NCBI GenBank assembly: GCA_963664015.2
Contig: CAXXLF010000002.1
Location: 1,056,001-1,120,000, forward strand
Reading direction: 5' to 3'
Source: Candidatus Binatia bacterium
GTDB lineage: Bacteria > Desulfobacterota > Binatia > UBA9968 > CAXXLF01
Length of the DNA: 64,000 bases
The notes beneath the pieces are model-generated. The model saw nothing but the letters and a program-made list of their open reading frames with translations. It searched no databases and had not been told where the DNA came from. Positions 30,305-41,587 of this stretch are shown in pieces. A program made the translations under genes and the position numbers. Numbering within the stretch: position 1 is the stretch's first letter; each line of letters begins with the position of its first letter.

Positions 30305-30452
30305 CGCCTTCGCAGATGACCATGCCAAGGGCGTAAGCCCATGCATGAATGCGACGGTCGGATCTGCCTAGCCTTAGCAAAGGCAGGTGCTTCGGCGGAT
30401 TCCCCCGAAGATAAGGAAGGATACACGGGTGGAACCCGTGGAGGCTTCCTTT
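30305..30452 (-). repeat. REP/MITE-like element with two CCACGGG...CCCGTGG-type hairpins
   Basis: ccaagggcgtaagcccatgc and cacgggtggaacccgtgg hairpins; ends shared with 11986-12040. Confidence 0.6.
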
Positions 30453-30729
30453 CTTGTCCGATAGCGTCGACAAGTTCATAAACAAGGCCAAGATTGTACA
30501 AGCATCCACCATTCAAGTCCCGTTGTCCCGTTGCCGTTTGAACCCCTTGTGATTCTGATTCAGCCCCAGGGCCTTTTCGAACACGCGGATCGCTACAAGG
30601 TTCACTCTTCTTCAAGCGAATTGAAGTTGGATCTGCCGATAGGCGCGACCTAATCATTGTCGAATTCTTATTGGAAAATTGGAAAAAGCATAAGCCATTC
30701 GCAGTACAAAGAGCCCCAAACCACTAGAG

Positions 30730-32679
30730 TCACTCTTCCTCTTTGTATTGCTCCGTGAGTTTCGCGACCACAGCGGGATCCGCGAGGGTTGTGGTATCGC
30801 CGAGGGCCCGGCCGTCGGCGATATCCCTGAGAAGTCGCCGCATAATCTTACCGCTGCGCGTCTTGGGGAGCTCGGCGGCAAAGAGAATCTCATCGGGACG
30901 GGTAATGGCCCCGATCTTTTTGGCAACATGACCCCGGAGTTCCTCCACCAGATCGGGTGACTGTTTAACGCCGGCCTTGAGGGAAACGAAGGCGCAAATG
31001 GCCTGCCCCTTGATCTCGTGGCTCTTGCCGATGACAGCCGCCTCGGCCACGCTTGGGTGGTCGACCAACGCACTCTCCACCTCCATGGTACTGATCCTAT
31101 GACCCGCCACGTTCATAACGTCATCCACTCGGCCCAGGAGCCAGAAGTAGCCGTCCTTATCGCGCTTGGCCCCGTCTCCCGCAAAGTACTTGCCCGGGAA
31201 ACGGCTCCAGTAAGTGTCAACGTAGCGATCGGGATCTCCGTAGATGGTCCGTAGCATTGCGGGCCAAGGCTGGGTGAGAACCAGGTAACCCCCACCACCC
31301 AGAGGGACCGAGTTCCCCTGTTCATCAACGATATCCGCGCCGGTCCCGGGCAAGGGCATGGTCGCGGATCCGGGTTTGAGGGTCGTCACGCCCGGAAGCG
31401 GGGTAATCAGTGGATGTCCGGTCTCCGTCTGCCACCAGGTATCCATAATCGGGCAACGCCCCCCGCCAATGGTACGGTGGTACCACATCCAGGCCTCCGG
31501 ATTGATCGGCTCCCCGACGGATCCCAGAAGTCTGAGGCTGCTGAGATCGTGTTTCTCCACGTATTCGGCTCCCCAACGCATAAAGGTACGAATCGCGGTG
31601 GGAGCCGTATGGAAAATCGTTACACCATATTTTTCAATGATCTTCCAGAAGCGTTCCTTGTCCGGCCAGTCCGGCGACCCTTCATACATAACCTGCGTCA
31701 CACCGTTGGCCATGGGACCGTACACAATATGAGTATGGCCTGTAACCCAACCGATATCCGCCGCACACCAGAAGACGTCATCGTCTTTCATGTCGAAGAC
31801 CCATTTGTTGACCAGGGTGACCCCCACCAGATAACCCCCGGTAGTATGGACAATGCCTTTAGGCTTGCCCGTGGTCCCGCTGGTGTAAAGGGTATAGAGC
31901 ATATCCTCGCTCTCCATGGCCTCCGGGGCACACCAGGTCGGGGCGTTCTTCATCAGCACATGCCACCAGTGGTCCCGATCACTCTTCATACTGACTCCGG
32001 CAAGATCCCCCACACGTTTGACCACGACCACTTTCTCAATGGTGGGGGTTCCTTCCAGAGCCTCATCCGCGCTGTGTTTCAAGGGCACGATGCCGCCCCG
32101 ACGGTATCCGCCGTCTGCCGTGATGAGCAATTTAGCCTCAGCATCGTTGATTCGATCTCTCAAAGACTCGGCGCTGAAGCCTCCGAACACGACGCTGTGG
32201 ACGGCACCGATACGGTTACAGGCATGCATGGCTATGACCAGCTCGGGAATCATGCCCATATAAATGGCTACACGGTCCCCGCGCTTCACGCCCAATGTTT
32301 TCAGCACGTTGGCAAACTGATTGACCTGTCGCCACACCTCACGGTAGGTCAGGACCCGTTCATCGCCCGGCTCCCCTTCCCAGATAATGGCGGCCTTGTT
32401 TTTCCGCCACGTTTTCACATGGCGGTCCAGACAGTTGTACGAGGCATTGATCTGGCCTCCGATGAACCATTTGGCCCAGGGGCAATTCCACTCCAGGACC
32501 TTGTCCCACGGCTTGATCCAATCCAGTTCCTTGGCTACGCCAGCCCAGAAGCCCTCGGGATCCTTGTTGGCCCTTTCGTAGACCTTAGGGTCCGCCATAT
32601 TGGCCGATTTGCTGAGCTCTTCCGGTGGAGGGAAACTCCTCCCTTCCTGCAAGTAAACTTCGATGGCTTGGTCTGACAT
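30730..32679 (-). CDS. acs: Acetyl-CoA synthetase (AMP-forming)
   Basis: [37 protein letters not shown]. Confidence 0.97.
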   Translation of the reverse strand: MSDQAIEVYLQEGRSFPPPEELSKSANMADPKVYERANKDPEGFWAGVAKELDWIKPWDKVLEWNCPWAKWFIGGQINASYNCLDRHVKTWRKNKAAIIWEGEPGDERVLTYREVWRQVNQFANVLKTLGVKRGDRVAIYMGMIPELVIAMHACNRIGAVHSVVFGGFSAESLRDRINDAEAKLLITADGGYRRGGIVPLKHSADEALEGTPTIEKVVVVKRVGDLAGVSMKSDRDHWWHVLMKNAPTWCAPEAMESEDMLYTLYTSGTTGKPKGIVHTTGGYLVGVTLVNKWVFDMKDDDVFWCAADIGWVTGHTHIVYGPMANGVTQVMYEGSPDWPDKERFWKIIEKYGVTIFHTAPTAIRTFMRWGAEYVEKHDLSSLRLLGSVGEPINPEAWMWYHRTIGGGRCPIMDTWWQTETGHPLITPLPGVTTLKPGSATMPLPGTGADIVDEQGNSVPLGGGGYLVLTQPWPAMLRTIYGDPDRYVDTYWSRFPGKYFAGDGAKRDKDGYFWLLGRVDDVMNVAGHRISTMEVESALVDHPSVAEAAVIGKSHEIKGQAICAFVSLKAGVKQSPDLVEELRGHVAKKIGAITRPDEILFAAELPKTRSGKIMRRLLRDIADGRALGDTTTLADPAVVAKLTEQYKEEE

Positions 32680-32862
32680 GATACCTCCTCAGGACAAACT
32701 GATGCCGCAGGGAAGTTTAGGCCAGTGACTCCCCATTGGCAACATCTGGAAACACCGATCTCAAAAAACAACCATTCAATTTTCTTGACAGATTCCACAT
32801 CCTAAGGTTAAGCCTAACCTTTAGCGAATACATTTTCACCGAAACCTTAGACAACTCATGGA

Positions 32863-33708
32863 GTGAATTCATTGGAGCTGATACAAATTGTAGAGCTCGC
32901 CGGATTGGGCCTCGTTGCAGGGACCTGGGGGTCCATGATCGGTGCCGGCGGCGGCTTCATCATCGTTCCAATTCTCCTGCTGATCGACAACACCATAAGT
33001 CCGGCCGTGGTTACAGCCGTGTCTCTAGTGGCCGTCCTCGTCAATAGCCTGTCCGGTACCCTTGTCAATGCGAGTTCGAAACGAATCGACTACAAGACTG
33101 GGGTTCTGTTCCTGACTGCCACCCTGCCCGGAAGTATTTTGGGAGCTTTGCTGGTCAACCTCATTGAAAGGGGTCTCTTTCAAGTCGTTCTAGGCACTCT
33201 CCTATGCGCACTCTCAACCTACTTAATCGCCAAGCCGTCCAGACTTCTTATCGACGGACAACCGCGGCACACCGGTGCCCCGAGTTGTATCACCGACGCC
33301 GGCGGAAGGGTCTTCGAATACAATGTTAATCGCCTATTGGGAACGGGGATGACTTGCATTGTCGGCTTTCTCGCCAGCCTCCTGGGAGTCGGCGGTGGAA
33401 TATTCAATGTTCCGGGCTTCGTTTTGCTCCTTGGAATCCCTATTGAAATCGCTACGGCGACTTCTCACTTTATGGTGATGGGCACCGCCACCATCGCCAC
33501 CGGAACTAACATCATTCAGGGGGACCTCCAGGGACAATGGCCCCTGGCCCTGGCCCTATCCGCAGGGACACTTCTGGGTGGCCAACTGGGGCCTCGGATC
33601 TCGTATCGGTTCGGGTCCCGGTGGCTCAATGTCGCCCTGTCCATCGGCCTGCTCGTGGTTGGTCTAAGATTGATTTGGGGTGGGTGGAACTATTATTCGG
33701 GTCTATGA
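32863..33708 (+). CDS. TauE/SafE (TSUP) family transporter
   Basis: Duplicated GxGGG motifs (GAGGGFIIVP, GVGGGIF), ATATS. Confidence 0.88.
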   Translation: MNSLELIQIVELAGLGLVAGTWGSMIGAGGGFIIVPILLLIDNTISPAVVTAVSLVAVLVNSLSGTLVNASSKRIDYKTGVLFLTATLPGSILGALLVNLIERGLFQVVLGTLLCALSTYLIAKPSRLLIDGQPRHTGAPSCITDAGGRVFEYNVNRLLGTGMTCIVGFLASLLGVGGGIFNVPGFVLLLGIPIEIATATSHFMVMGTATIATGTNIIQGDLQGQWPLALALSAGTLLGGQLGPRISYRFGSRWLNVALSIGLLVVGLRLIWGGWNYYSGL

Positions 33709-33763
33709 AACTGTAAACACTGCCATACAGTAACCGTTTTCCAGCAACTGGCTCTCGTAATTC

Positions 33764-34252
33764 CTACTTTCTTTTTTCCAAGAGCACGACGGCGGCTGCC
33801 GCAATGCCCTGACCTTTTCCGATCCAACCCATCTTTTCAGTGGTGGCCGCTTTCAGATTCAGCGCCCCCGCAGTAATTTTCATGAGGCGGGCCATCCTCG
33901 TCCGGATCTGGGGAAAGAAAGGGCTCAGGGGAGGTTTCTCGGCCAGGACGGTCACGTCGCAATTGACGATACCAAACCCGGCACGCTTCATGATGCCGAG
34001 GACCCGCTTCATAAGGACCTCGCTGGAAATTCCCTTATAACGCGGATCCGTATCGGGGAAGTGGGCGCCGATATCCCCCTTACCCATGGCGCCCAGCAAG
34101 GCGTTGATGAGGGAGTGGAGGATTACGTCGGCATCCGAATGGCCGACCGCCCCCACCCCATGGGGGATATGGACTCCACCAAGTATTAGTTTTCTGCCTC
34201 GTTGCAATCGATGGGCATCAAAACCATGACCGACACGTATTGACGATTTCAA
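33764..34252 (-). CDS. ispF: 2-C-methyl-D-erythritol 2,4-cyclodiphosphate synthase
   Basis: RVGHGFDAH, GHSDADV, GDIGAHFPDTD, KAATTE. Confidence 0.96.
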   Translation of the reverse strand: MKSSIRVGHGFDAHRLQRGRKLILGGVHIPHGVGAVGHSDADVILHSLINALLGAMGKGDIGAHFPDTDPRYKGISSEVLMKRVLGIMKRAGFGIVNCDVTVLAEKPPLSPFFPQIRTRMARLMKITAGALNLKAATTEKMGWIGKGQGIAAAAVVLLEKRK

Positions 34253-34440
34253 TAAGCTATCCTTTCCCGTGGTGCAGCAGTGGGTTTCCCCTGGCGCACT
34301 ATGGCTAGAACTTCTGGGCTTCTCTCTTGATCATCCCTCCATCACAAACAACAATCAAGTCGCCGTCCTCCAACCCTATTGCATCAAAAACCTAATGGCT
34401 GATATAAGTTGCCATTGATGCATCCATCTCGGAGACTTTT

Positions 34441-34932
34441 ATGGCACAACAGCTGAACGTTGGCGACCTCTTTCCCGAATACGGCGCTTCCACAGTCGAC
34501 GGAAAAACGCTGAAGATCCCCGCTGACCTTACCGGGAAGTACTCGTCCTATTATTTTACCGTGGTGGCTGGTGACCATACTGCTGCCAGCAGTTGGCCGA
34601 CTACCAAACACAGATTGAAGCCTTCCGACGAGAAAATATCGATGTGATAGCACTGTCCGTTGATTCTTTGGAAAAGACAAAGGAAACCGTCGAACAGCAC
34701 AAGCTGACTTTCCCGGTCGTGTACGGACTCCAGGTTCCCGAGGATGCGGAGAAGATCGGTGCCTATTGGGAGGAGAGACGCAGAATATTCCACGCCACCA
34801 ATTTGATTTTGGATTCAGACCGAAAGGTGGTGAATGCCTGCTACAGCATCGGTCCCATCGGACGCATCACCGCCGCCGACGCCCTGAGCCACATTCAGTT
34901 TTTCAAAAAAGCGGAAAGCCAAACAGAGCTGA
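34441..34932 (+). CDS. AhpC/TSA peroxiredoxin-like protein with in-frame UGA (UxxC, candidate selenoprotein); also two 1-bp indels
   Basis: LNVGDLFP ... VLLFYRGGW-TGA(34572)-PYC..QLADYQ ... VIALSVD ... GPIGR; needs a frame fix near 34545 and at the A-run near 34908. Confidence 0.7.
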
Positions 34933-34961
34933 CTTCTACCGGGACCGCTTTTCCGATACGC

Positions 34962-36092
34962 CTAGACCGCCGGCATCTGGGAGGTCACGCCGCTCTTCTT
35001 CAAAGCGGCTTCGTAGGTTTGGCGAATCTGTGGATCCTCTTCATCGTAATCGATGAGAGTCCCGCCCTGTTTGGAGGTGAGATAAACACCGTCCTCCTGG
35101 CGCTTGGCCGGGATCGTAAATCCCCAGTGGTGCAACCGGCTACCGCTGCGGACCGCCAAATGACGGGCATTGCTCGGCCCCGTATTGAAGTGCTGATGAT
35201 ACCAACCGCTGGGAGGACAGTAGATACTACCTTCCCGCCATGCGACTTGAACAACCTCCTCACCACGGCCATTTTTGTATGGCTGGGCACCCAACTCCTT
35301 ATTCCAGATCAAGACGTATCCGGAGGACTGCAACCCGAGCAGAATGGCACCGGGCCCATGAAAATGGGCCTTGTGATAGCGCCCCTCGGGCCACTCGGAG
35401 AGATGTCCAATCAATCCGTTCCCCGACGCCTCGAACTGGGTAATCTGCACACCGGCGCCTTTGACATCTCTTGAGTCCAGGGAGGCCGCCTGGAGGTCCG
35501 CTATGAAATTGGTCTCCCAGATATTCTGCATCCCCAATTCGTAGCGCTTTTGCCCTACGGAAAAGTAATCCTCTTGGCCCTTATATCGATCTAAAAAGTT
35601 GAAGGGACAATCAAAAATGAACTCGGGCGAATGGAAGACATCCATCAGCAAAGGGGCATTGGTAACGGCCATAAACTTGACGGCCTCCCTACCACCGTTA
35701 ATCAGCCGATGCCAGGCATTGACCGGCGGCACGAATAGGCTGTAGGGCCCCCACTCGAAAAGATTTCGTTTTGTCTCGCCCTCCTGCCAGATCTCGGTGG
35801 CGCCCTGACCATTCATGATACAGATGACCTCTTCATAGAGATGTCTCTCCGGATTGAGAGCGCCGCCGGGAGGGATCTCGCCGACGTAAACGCTTGTCAC
35901 TCCCTCCATACCGTAGAGCTGAACAAATGAGCCCTTTCCCCCGGTGCGCTTCCATGGGGCCAGTTTAAGTTCACGGATATCTTCGACCCCGTGACCCTCA
36001 ACAACAGGAAGGCCTTCCGAATGCATCCATTTGTAGTAGGGCGTCTTATGAAACGCCTCCAGCAGTTTTTCCATCTGTTTATCAATTGCCAT
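34962..36092 (-). CDS. Bicupin, gentisate 1,2-dioxygenase-like family
   Basis: PWKRTGGKG, EIPPG, ERHLYEE, NAWH, WETNFI, KAHFHGPG, WYHQHFN; AAAGGAG RBS. Confidence 0.85.
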   Translation of the reverse strand: MAIDKQMEKLLEAFHKTPYYKWMHSEGLPVVEGHGVEDIRELKLAPWKRTGGKGSFVQLYGMEGVTSVYVGEIPPGGALNPERHLYEEVICIMNGQGATEIWQEGETKRNLFEWGPYSLFVPPVNAWHRLINGGREAVKFMAVTNAPLLMDVFHSPEFIFDCPFNFLDRYKGQEDYFSVGQKRYELGMQNIWETNFIADLQAASLDSRDVKGAGVQITQFEASGNGLIGHLSEWPEGRYHKAHFHGPGAILLGLQSSGYVLIWNKELGAQPYKNGRGEEVVQVAWREGSIYCPPSGWYHQHFNTGPSNARHLAVRSGSRLHHWGFTIPAKRQEDGVYLTSKQGGTLIDYDEEDPQIRQTYEAALKKSGVTSQMPAV

Positions 36093-36810
36093 GGGTAGTA
36101 CGACTCCTTTTACCTCGTTTATATTTATAGAATCGGTGTGAACAACGGACAGCTGTAGCACATGACAGCATTGTGATCAACGAGGACAGGAAACGCAAAA
36201 AAGGAGAGGATCGTAGGGCACCGCTTCCAAAAGAAACGACGAGATTTGTTATCTATTCTACAGAAATGTGGACTCGCGTCCCCATATGCTCCCTCCTGCT
36301 CCCTTATTACAAACGGTTAGAATGTTTAGTAAAACAACTCTCAGGGAACCCGATAGACAGCTCCGACCCAGCAAGGCATGTTTCTTGCACAAATTTAGCT
36401 GCAATAGAACTTGAGAATCCCCCCCCATTGAATGGACCATCCGGCTTTTCCGGGCGTCTACGCGGCGGGTATTGTCACGGCCTTTTATAAGGGACTCTCA
36501 TCCAGTCGCCGTCATTCATTCGGGTCCTTATGCCCTAGTCGCCATTTACAAGGGAAACGTCTATGAACTGGTCCCCATGGAAGACTCGGTTCGGCACCGC
36601 CACACGGATACCCGTAAGCAAAAATCCAAGATAGATAAGATTGAAAAGATCGCCCAAGTCGAACCCAGTGGGGCCCATCTCGATTAACCAAAAGACAAAA
36701 GATCACCCCAAGTCACCAACAAAAACCCCAATTAGATCCTCTCTTCTCAATCGCGATGGTTGGGTACCTGCCATCGATTCCAAACAGACCACCAAGCAAT
36801 CAGAAATCAC

Positions 36811-38224
36811 CTAACGCGACTTCTGTCCTGCAGATTTAGGCCAAAAATCGGCTAAATGAATTCGATCCATAACCTCGGAGGGGATAAACGAGCGCTGTTC
36901 ATAGACCGCAGGCGGCGCCGGTTTCGTGCAGTCGAGTCCTGCCCGGGTCCCCAGGGCATTGCCCGTGCTGGTGGGGTCCAGGCTGGTGGTGAACAGGCTG
37001 GGAACTACGATCAGGTCCTTGGCCCAATCGGATCGGGTCCCTATGGCCCACAGGACTTCATGCTCATCGAAGATATCCACGTCCTCGTCAAACACGAAGA
37101 CGTGCTTGATGGACTCGGGTATGGACATCACCGCCATAATAATCGCCCGAGGTTGGGAGTCGTGGGTCTTGCGAAGCTGGACATAAATATGGTGGGGACA
37201 AGAATTGGGCCGAAAAATGTTGGTCACCTGAGGCACAACCCGTTTGACCACATCATGCAAGCTCCCCTCGCGGCGTAGCGCTCCCAACCCATACCCCTCG
37301 TCATCGTAGCCGGGTATAATCGAAACCCAGTGGGCGTCTTGCCGATGGCTGATGCAGGTCACTTCCATGTACGGATTGAGCCGCTGACCGCCAAAGTAGC
37401 GCGTGTATTCTCCAAACGGGGCCTCGGGTTTTCGTTTGCCCCGTGGGACCGTTCCCTCGATGACAAACTCTGCATCCGCGGGTACTAAAAAGTCGTCCCC
37501 CAAGGTCTCCGACGGAACGACCCGCAGCGGCTCACCCATGAGCCCGCCTGCGGTTTCCCAGTGGCTTTCCGGGTAGCCAAGCCTTGCCTCTGCGCCAAGG
37601 TATACGCCCGGGTGGTGCCCCACCCAGTAGGCAATTCGAGAGTCCTGACCCTGCTCCTCCCATTTGCGCATATTCCAACGATTGTGGCTGTGAGGCTCCG
37701 CACAGATGCGAATTTCACGTTGATCAGAAAGCCAGCCACGCTGAAGCGCGCAGTTATCGGTTCCGCTATCCGGGTCGTAACTGGTCAGAAACCCAGCCGA
37801 CACATACGGACCCGGGTCCCATGCTGCATGGACAATGGCCGGTAGCTCACGAAGGTCGGCGGCAGTCCCTGTCTTAACTACTTGCTTGACCGGGGCTTCA
37901 CTGCGGTTGACCACCACCGGTTTGATGCGGTCGGCTCGACGTTCCGATATATCGCGACCCACCTCATGAAAGGTGGAGCCTAGGGCCACAGCACAACGAC
38001 TCCGAGAGGCAAAAAGGTCCAAGACCAATGGGAACGGGGAGATTCTCCCGTCAACAGTGCGAATCTTGTGTAGGATTAAAACCGGGGTCTCTCCCTGCTC
38101 TTTCTGGGCCTTTATGGCAATGGCTGCGGCCTCCCATTTGGCCTTCCACCTCCTTCTCGATATGGATCACGTGATGTGGCTCAGCGGCTTCATAGTCATA
38201 GAGAAATGAATGTAAATCTTTCAT
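36811..38224 (-). pseudogene. UbiD-family (prFMN) decarboxylase, frameshifted near the 5' end
   Basis: MKDLHSFL start, APVKQV, VPADAEFVIEG, PEAPFGEY, DEDVDIFD, WAIGTR; frame breaks near 38140-38090. Confidence 0.82.
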
Positions 38225-38594
38225 TAAGTTCCCCCCCGAAATTTGGGATCTCCGTAACACAGGGATCAGGAGCCTGTCAACAAGATGTGGCAGGGGCTTT
38301 ATTTCCCCCTGGTCCCCCCTTGACAACCGATGCCGTCCCGAATAAAAGGGGGGTTCAATTCGGTTGAATCCGATTGACAAACGAGGTAGCATAATTGCTA
38401 GCACTTCAGTACGGGGCCTTCTGGAGGTGAATCAGAGAAGGATTAAGGCCCAGTTAGTCTTACCTTGTGAAGCATTACCCCAAGGACCTTCCGACCAGAG
38501 CGTGGTTTCATACCATCTATTTCCCATGTTCTGCTCCCGCTGGTAATCAGATGCCCAGGGTCAAAGACAAAGAATCCTTTTCAAGGAGGAGAAC

Positions 38595-38942
38595 ATGAGC
38601 AACAAAATATACGTGGGAGGATTGCCCTACAGCACGACCGATGGTCAACTGCAGGAGATCTTCGCGGTCCATGGGACCGTGGAGTCGGCCCGGGTGATTA
38701 CAGACAAGTTTACCGGTCGGTCGCGGGGCTTCGGCTTTGTCGAAATGGGTACTGATGACGAGGCCAAAAAGGCCATTGAGGCCTTGAATGGAACCGATCT
38801 CGAGGGACGCTCGCTGACAGTCAACGAGGCCCGTCCTCAGGAAAAACGCACCGGTGGCGGCGGTGGCGGTGGTGGTGGATTCGGCGATCGCCGTGGTGGT
38901 GGCGGTGGCGGTGGCGGTGGCGGTCGACAGAATCGCTGGTAA
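38595..38942 (+). CDS. RRM RNA-binding protein with Gly-rich tail
   Basis: RNP2 IYVGGL, RNP1 RGFGFVEM, VNEARP; strong AAGGAGG RBS. Confidence 0.95.
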   Translation: MSNKIYVGGLPYSTTDGQLQEIFAVHGTVESARVITDKFTGRSRGFGFVEMGTDDEAKKAIEALNGTDLEGRSLTVNEARPQEKRTGGGGGGGGGFGDRRGGGGGGGGGGRQNRW

Positions 38943-39338
38943 CGTTTAGACCCTGAGCGGGACGGGCGTAAGGTCGGTACGCCCAGCCTCTCAAAACATC
39001 ACTGCTTCCAAGCAAGCAGCCGGTGTGGATTTCTTTTTGCAACAGGATACGTCTCAAGCTCCGGCTGCCAGATTCTTTATTATCTTGTTTCTCTACAGCC
39101 CCCCCAATTGTCAACCTTGCGTCAGGCTGAGTAGGGTTATATAAGTCAACACCATTTCCAGGGAAAAGGCATATGGCAACGAGCTTGACCTCAATCAGCG
39201 GTAGAGAGTTGATCCAGCGCATTCTGAAAGGCGAGCGGGATTTATTCCAATCCCGACTATCGCTAACGAGGGAACACCGTTCCGACTTATCTGTTGATGC
39301 ACCCAGAGCCGTTCTTCGGCTAATTCCCGTCCGGAACC

Positions 39339-40214
39339 ATGATTGATGCTCACGTTCTACTTCCCATTATCCCCGTTTTTATCCTAATCGGTATCGGCTT
39401 TCTCTTCGCCCAATGGCGCAAGATCTCGCTACAGCCGGTTACCGAATTCATCATCTACCTGGCCTCCCCCAGTCTGGCCTTTACTTCGCTTTCGGCCAAG
39501 CCTCTCATGGTGGCCGATATCATGGTGGCGCTCTCTGGAATAGTAGGAATCATCGGCGGAGTGGGAGGTATGGTTTGGATTTACTCAAAGGCAACCGGAT
39601 TTTACTCACGGGGTTTTACTCTTCCCGTGATGTTCATGAACGCGGGCAACATGGGGGTCCCTCTCGCCCTCTTCGCCCTGGGAGAGCCCGGCCTGCAAAG
39701 GGCCACCCTCTTGTTCGTTATCATGGCTGTCCTTCAGTACACCCTGGGACTGTACATCGTCAGCGGGGACCGTGGTTGGAAGGAGGTCTTTCGCGTCCCC
39801 TTGATCTATGCCGCCCTCGCTGGGCTATTCGTCAATCTAGTAAAGATCCAGATCCCCTGGCCCATTGCTGAGCCCATCCGCATGCTGGGATACTCCACGA
39901 TTCCTCTCATGCTCGTCTGCCTCGGATATCGACTGAGCAGCATCACTTCTCTCACCTGGGGTCATTCAGTGGCGGGTGCGCTCCTTCGCATTGTGGGGGG
40001 TTTTGCCTGCGCCTATCTGGTCGTCACCATTCTGGGGGTCCATGGAATCAACCGCCAGGTCCTCCTTCTGTACGGCTCCCTTCCGTCGGCAGTGGTAAAT
40101 TTCGTGTTCACTGAAAAATACGGCCAGGACCCGGAGCTCGCTGCATCCATCATTTTAATAACGACGGTGCTCTCCCTCGTCACGATCCCGATTGTTTTCA
40201 CGATCATCCTTTAA
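39339..40214 (+). CDS. AEC family (auxin efflux/malate permease) transporter
   Basis: NAGNMGVP, PLIYA, IPLML, LPSAV, TTVLS. Confidence 0.9.
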   Translation: MIDAHVLLPIIPVFILIGIGFLFAQWRKISLQPVTEFIIYLASPSLAFTSLSAKPLMVADIMVALSGIVGIIGGVGGMVWIYSKATGFYSRGFTLPVMFMNAGNMGVPLALFALGEPGLQRATLLFVIMAVLQYTLGLYIVSGDRGWKEVFRVPLIYAALAGLFVNLVKIQIPWPIAEPIRMLGYSTIPLMLVCLGYRLSSITSLTWGHSVAGALLRIVGGFACAYLVVTILGVHGINRQVLLLYGSLPSAVVNFVFTEKYGQDPELAASIILITTVLSLVTIPIVFTIIL

Positions 40215-40264
40215 TCCGTTCATTTGAATTGAACACCACTTGAGAACCGTTTAGATCATGAGTT

Positions 40265-40300
40265 AAAAAAAGAGGCCCCCACGATGGGGCCTCTTTTTTT
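40265..40300. terminator. Bidirectional intrinsic terminator
   Basis: aaaaaaagaggcccc-cacgat-ggggcctcttttttt. Confidence 0.88.
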
Positions 40301-40320
40301 AAGAAAAACAGTCGGAGAGT

Positions 40321-41250
40321 CTAGGCAGCCGATACCTGCAGGTTCTGGTAGTGGTGCGATTTAGAAACCGGACCGATATCACGGATGACCTCACGCCAGT
40401 GCTCTCCTTCATCGCTACTGTAAAAGGCCTCACCATTGGTGGTGCCGGCAAACAGGGCATACGCGCCTTTCCAAACGTCCATGGCCATCCCCTCCCCATT
40501 GCCACGGATATGCTCGGGCAGACCACCAACCAAGACCTCCCAACTTTTGCCTCCATACTGACTCACACAGACCCAGGCGGTCACAGTCTCATCGCAGTTG
40601 GTCGTCGGCATGACCTGAGACACCTTGTCCGGGTCTGAGGCGGGGATCAGGACCCGATGCGCATCCGGATTCAAGCCGATTACGATGCTCCAGGTTTTTC
40701 CTCCGTCGATACTCTTAAATATGCCTCCGACCTCGACCGCCGCATAGATGGTATCGGGCTGCCTGGGATCGAATGTGATGTCTTTCACATGGGGCCAGAT
40801 GGGGAGCACCTGGGTAGGTCCAATTCTCGACACCGGGCACCTGGCGCAACCCGGTAAATTCGGTCCAGCTCAGACCCAAGTTGTCGCTGTAAAAGAGATG
40901 GGCCGGATCGGTGCCCGCATAAAGCCTGGGACGTCCGGCGACCTTCTGGAAGGCCAGAGAGTAAATTCCACGATCCCCGATACCCTGGTCTCTTCGGTCC
41001 CAGCTTCGTCCCAAGTCAACGCTAGCATAGATGCCACGGCCATAGGACCCAGCAAATAACATTTGACTCGATGGCTCGTAGATGAGTGCGCTAATATGCT
41101 TGTCCGGCAGCATGGTCTGCTGGGAACCCCAGTAAGGCGTTCTGCGCGCACAAAGGAATATACTCCATGGGCGGTGCCGACGAATAACCGATCGTCGGGC
41201 GTCTCACCTACTGTCATTGTCTGCCCTCCCGGCGATAAACAAACAGGAAT
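40321..41250 (-). pseudogene. BNR/Asp-box beta-propeller protein, frameshifted
   Basis: SVDLGRSW, SDNLGLSW, SIDGGKTW, SSDEGEHW Asp-boxes split over three frames. Confidence 0.8.
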
Positions 41251-41587
41251 GGATCACCTTCCTTTTCTTCACCTGGTTAAAGTATCGATTCTTCGCGAAG
41301 TCTTATCGTTTGGCTAAACCACGATTCTGTAAGATTATTACCAGCAAAGTGGGTTGCCAATATCGTTTATCCCTATTGGCTGTCAACTTGTTCACTAACC
41401 CGCTATACGTCTCACCAAATGGGCATTTTTCTGATGGTGCGAAAATCATGGGGGGAAACAATTTGACCTGGAAGACGTTGGAAATCTTCCCTCAATCCGG
41501 TTTATGCCTTATTACAGACATAGATAACCGCCGATTGGAAACAGAAGGATGCAGGTAGACGATAGATGGGTGCTATTCAGCAAGTTT

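Noticed and set aside
31414-32676. Long 420-aa plus-strand ORF (also 17317-18252, 27357-28046, 52479-53504)
   Set aside because: These are shadow or alternate-frame ORFs over well-supported genes, with no recognisable motifs.
34593-35474. 293-aa ORF as a real long protein
   Set aside because: Only the first ~105 aa are Prx-like. The rest is read-through antisense to the cupin gene, caused by a probable extra A near 34908.
36173-36706. Small ORFs between the cupin and ubiD genes (also 46549-47071)
   Set aside because: They overlap in conflicting frames with no recognisable homology. They may be decayed DNA, but I could not assign them.
38853-38923. GGT/GGC trinucleotide repeat as a contingency locus
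   Set aside because: It simply encodes the normal Gly-rich tail of the RRM protein.
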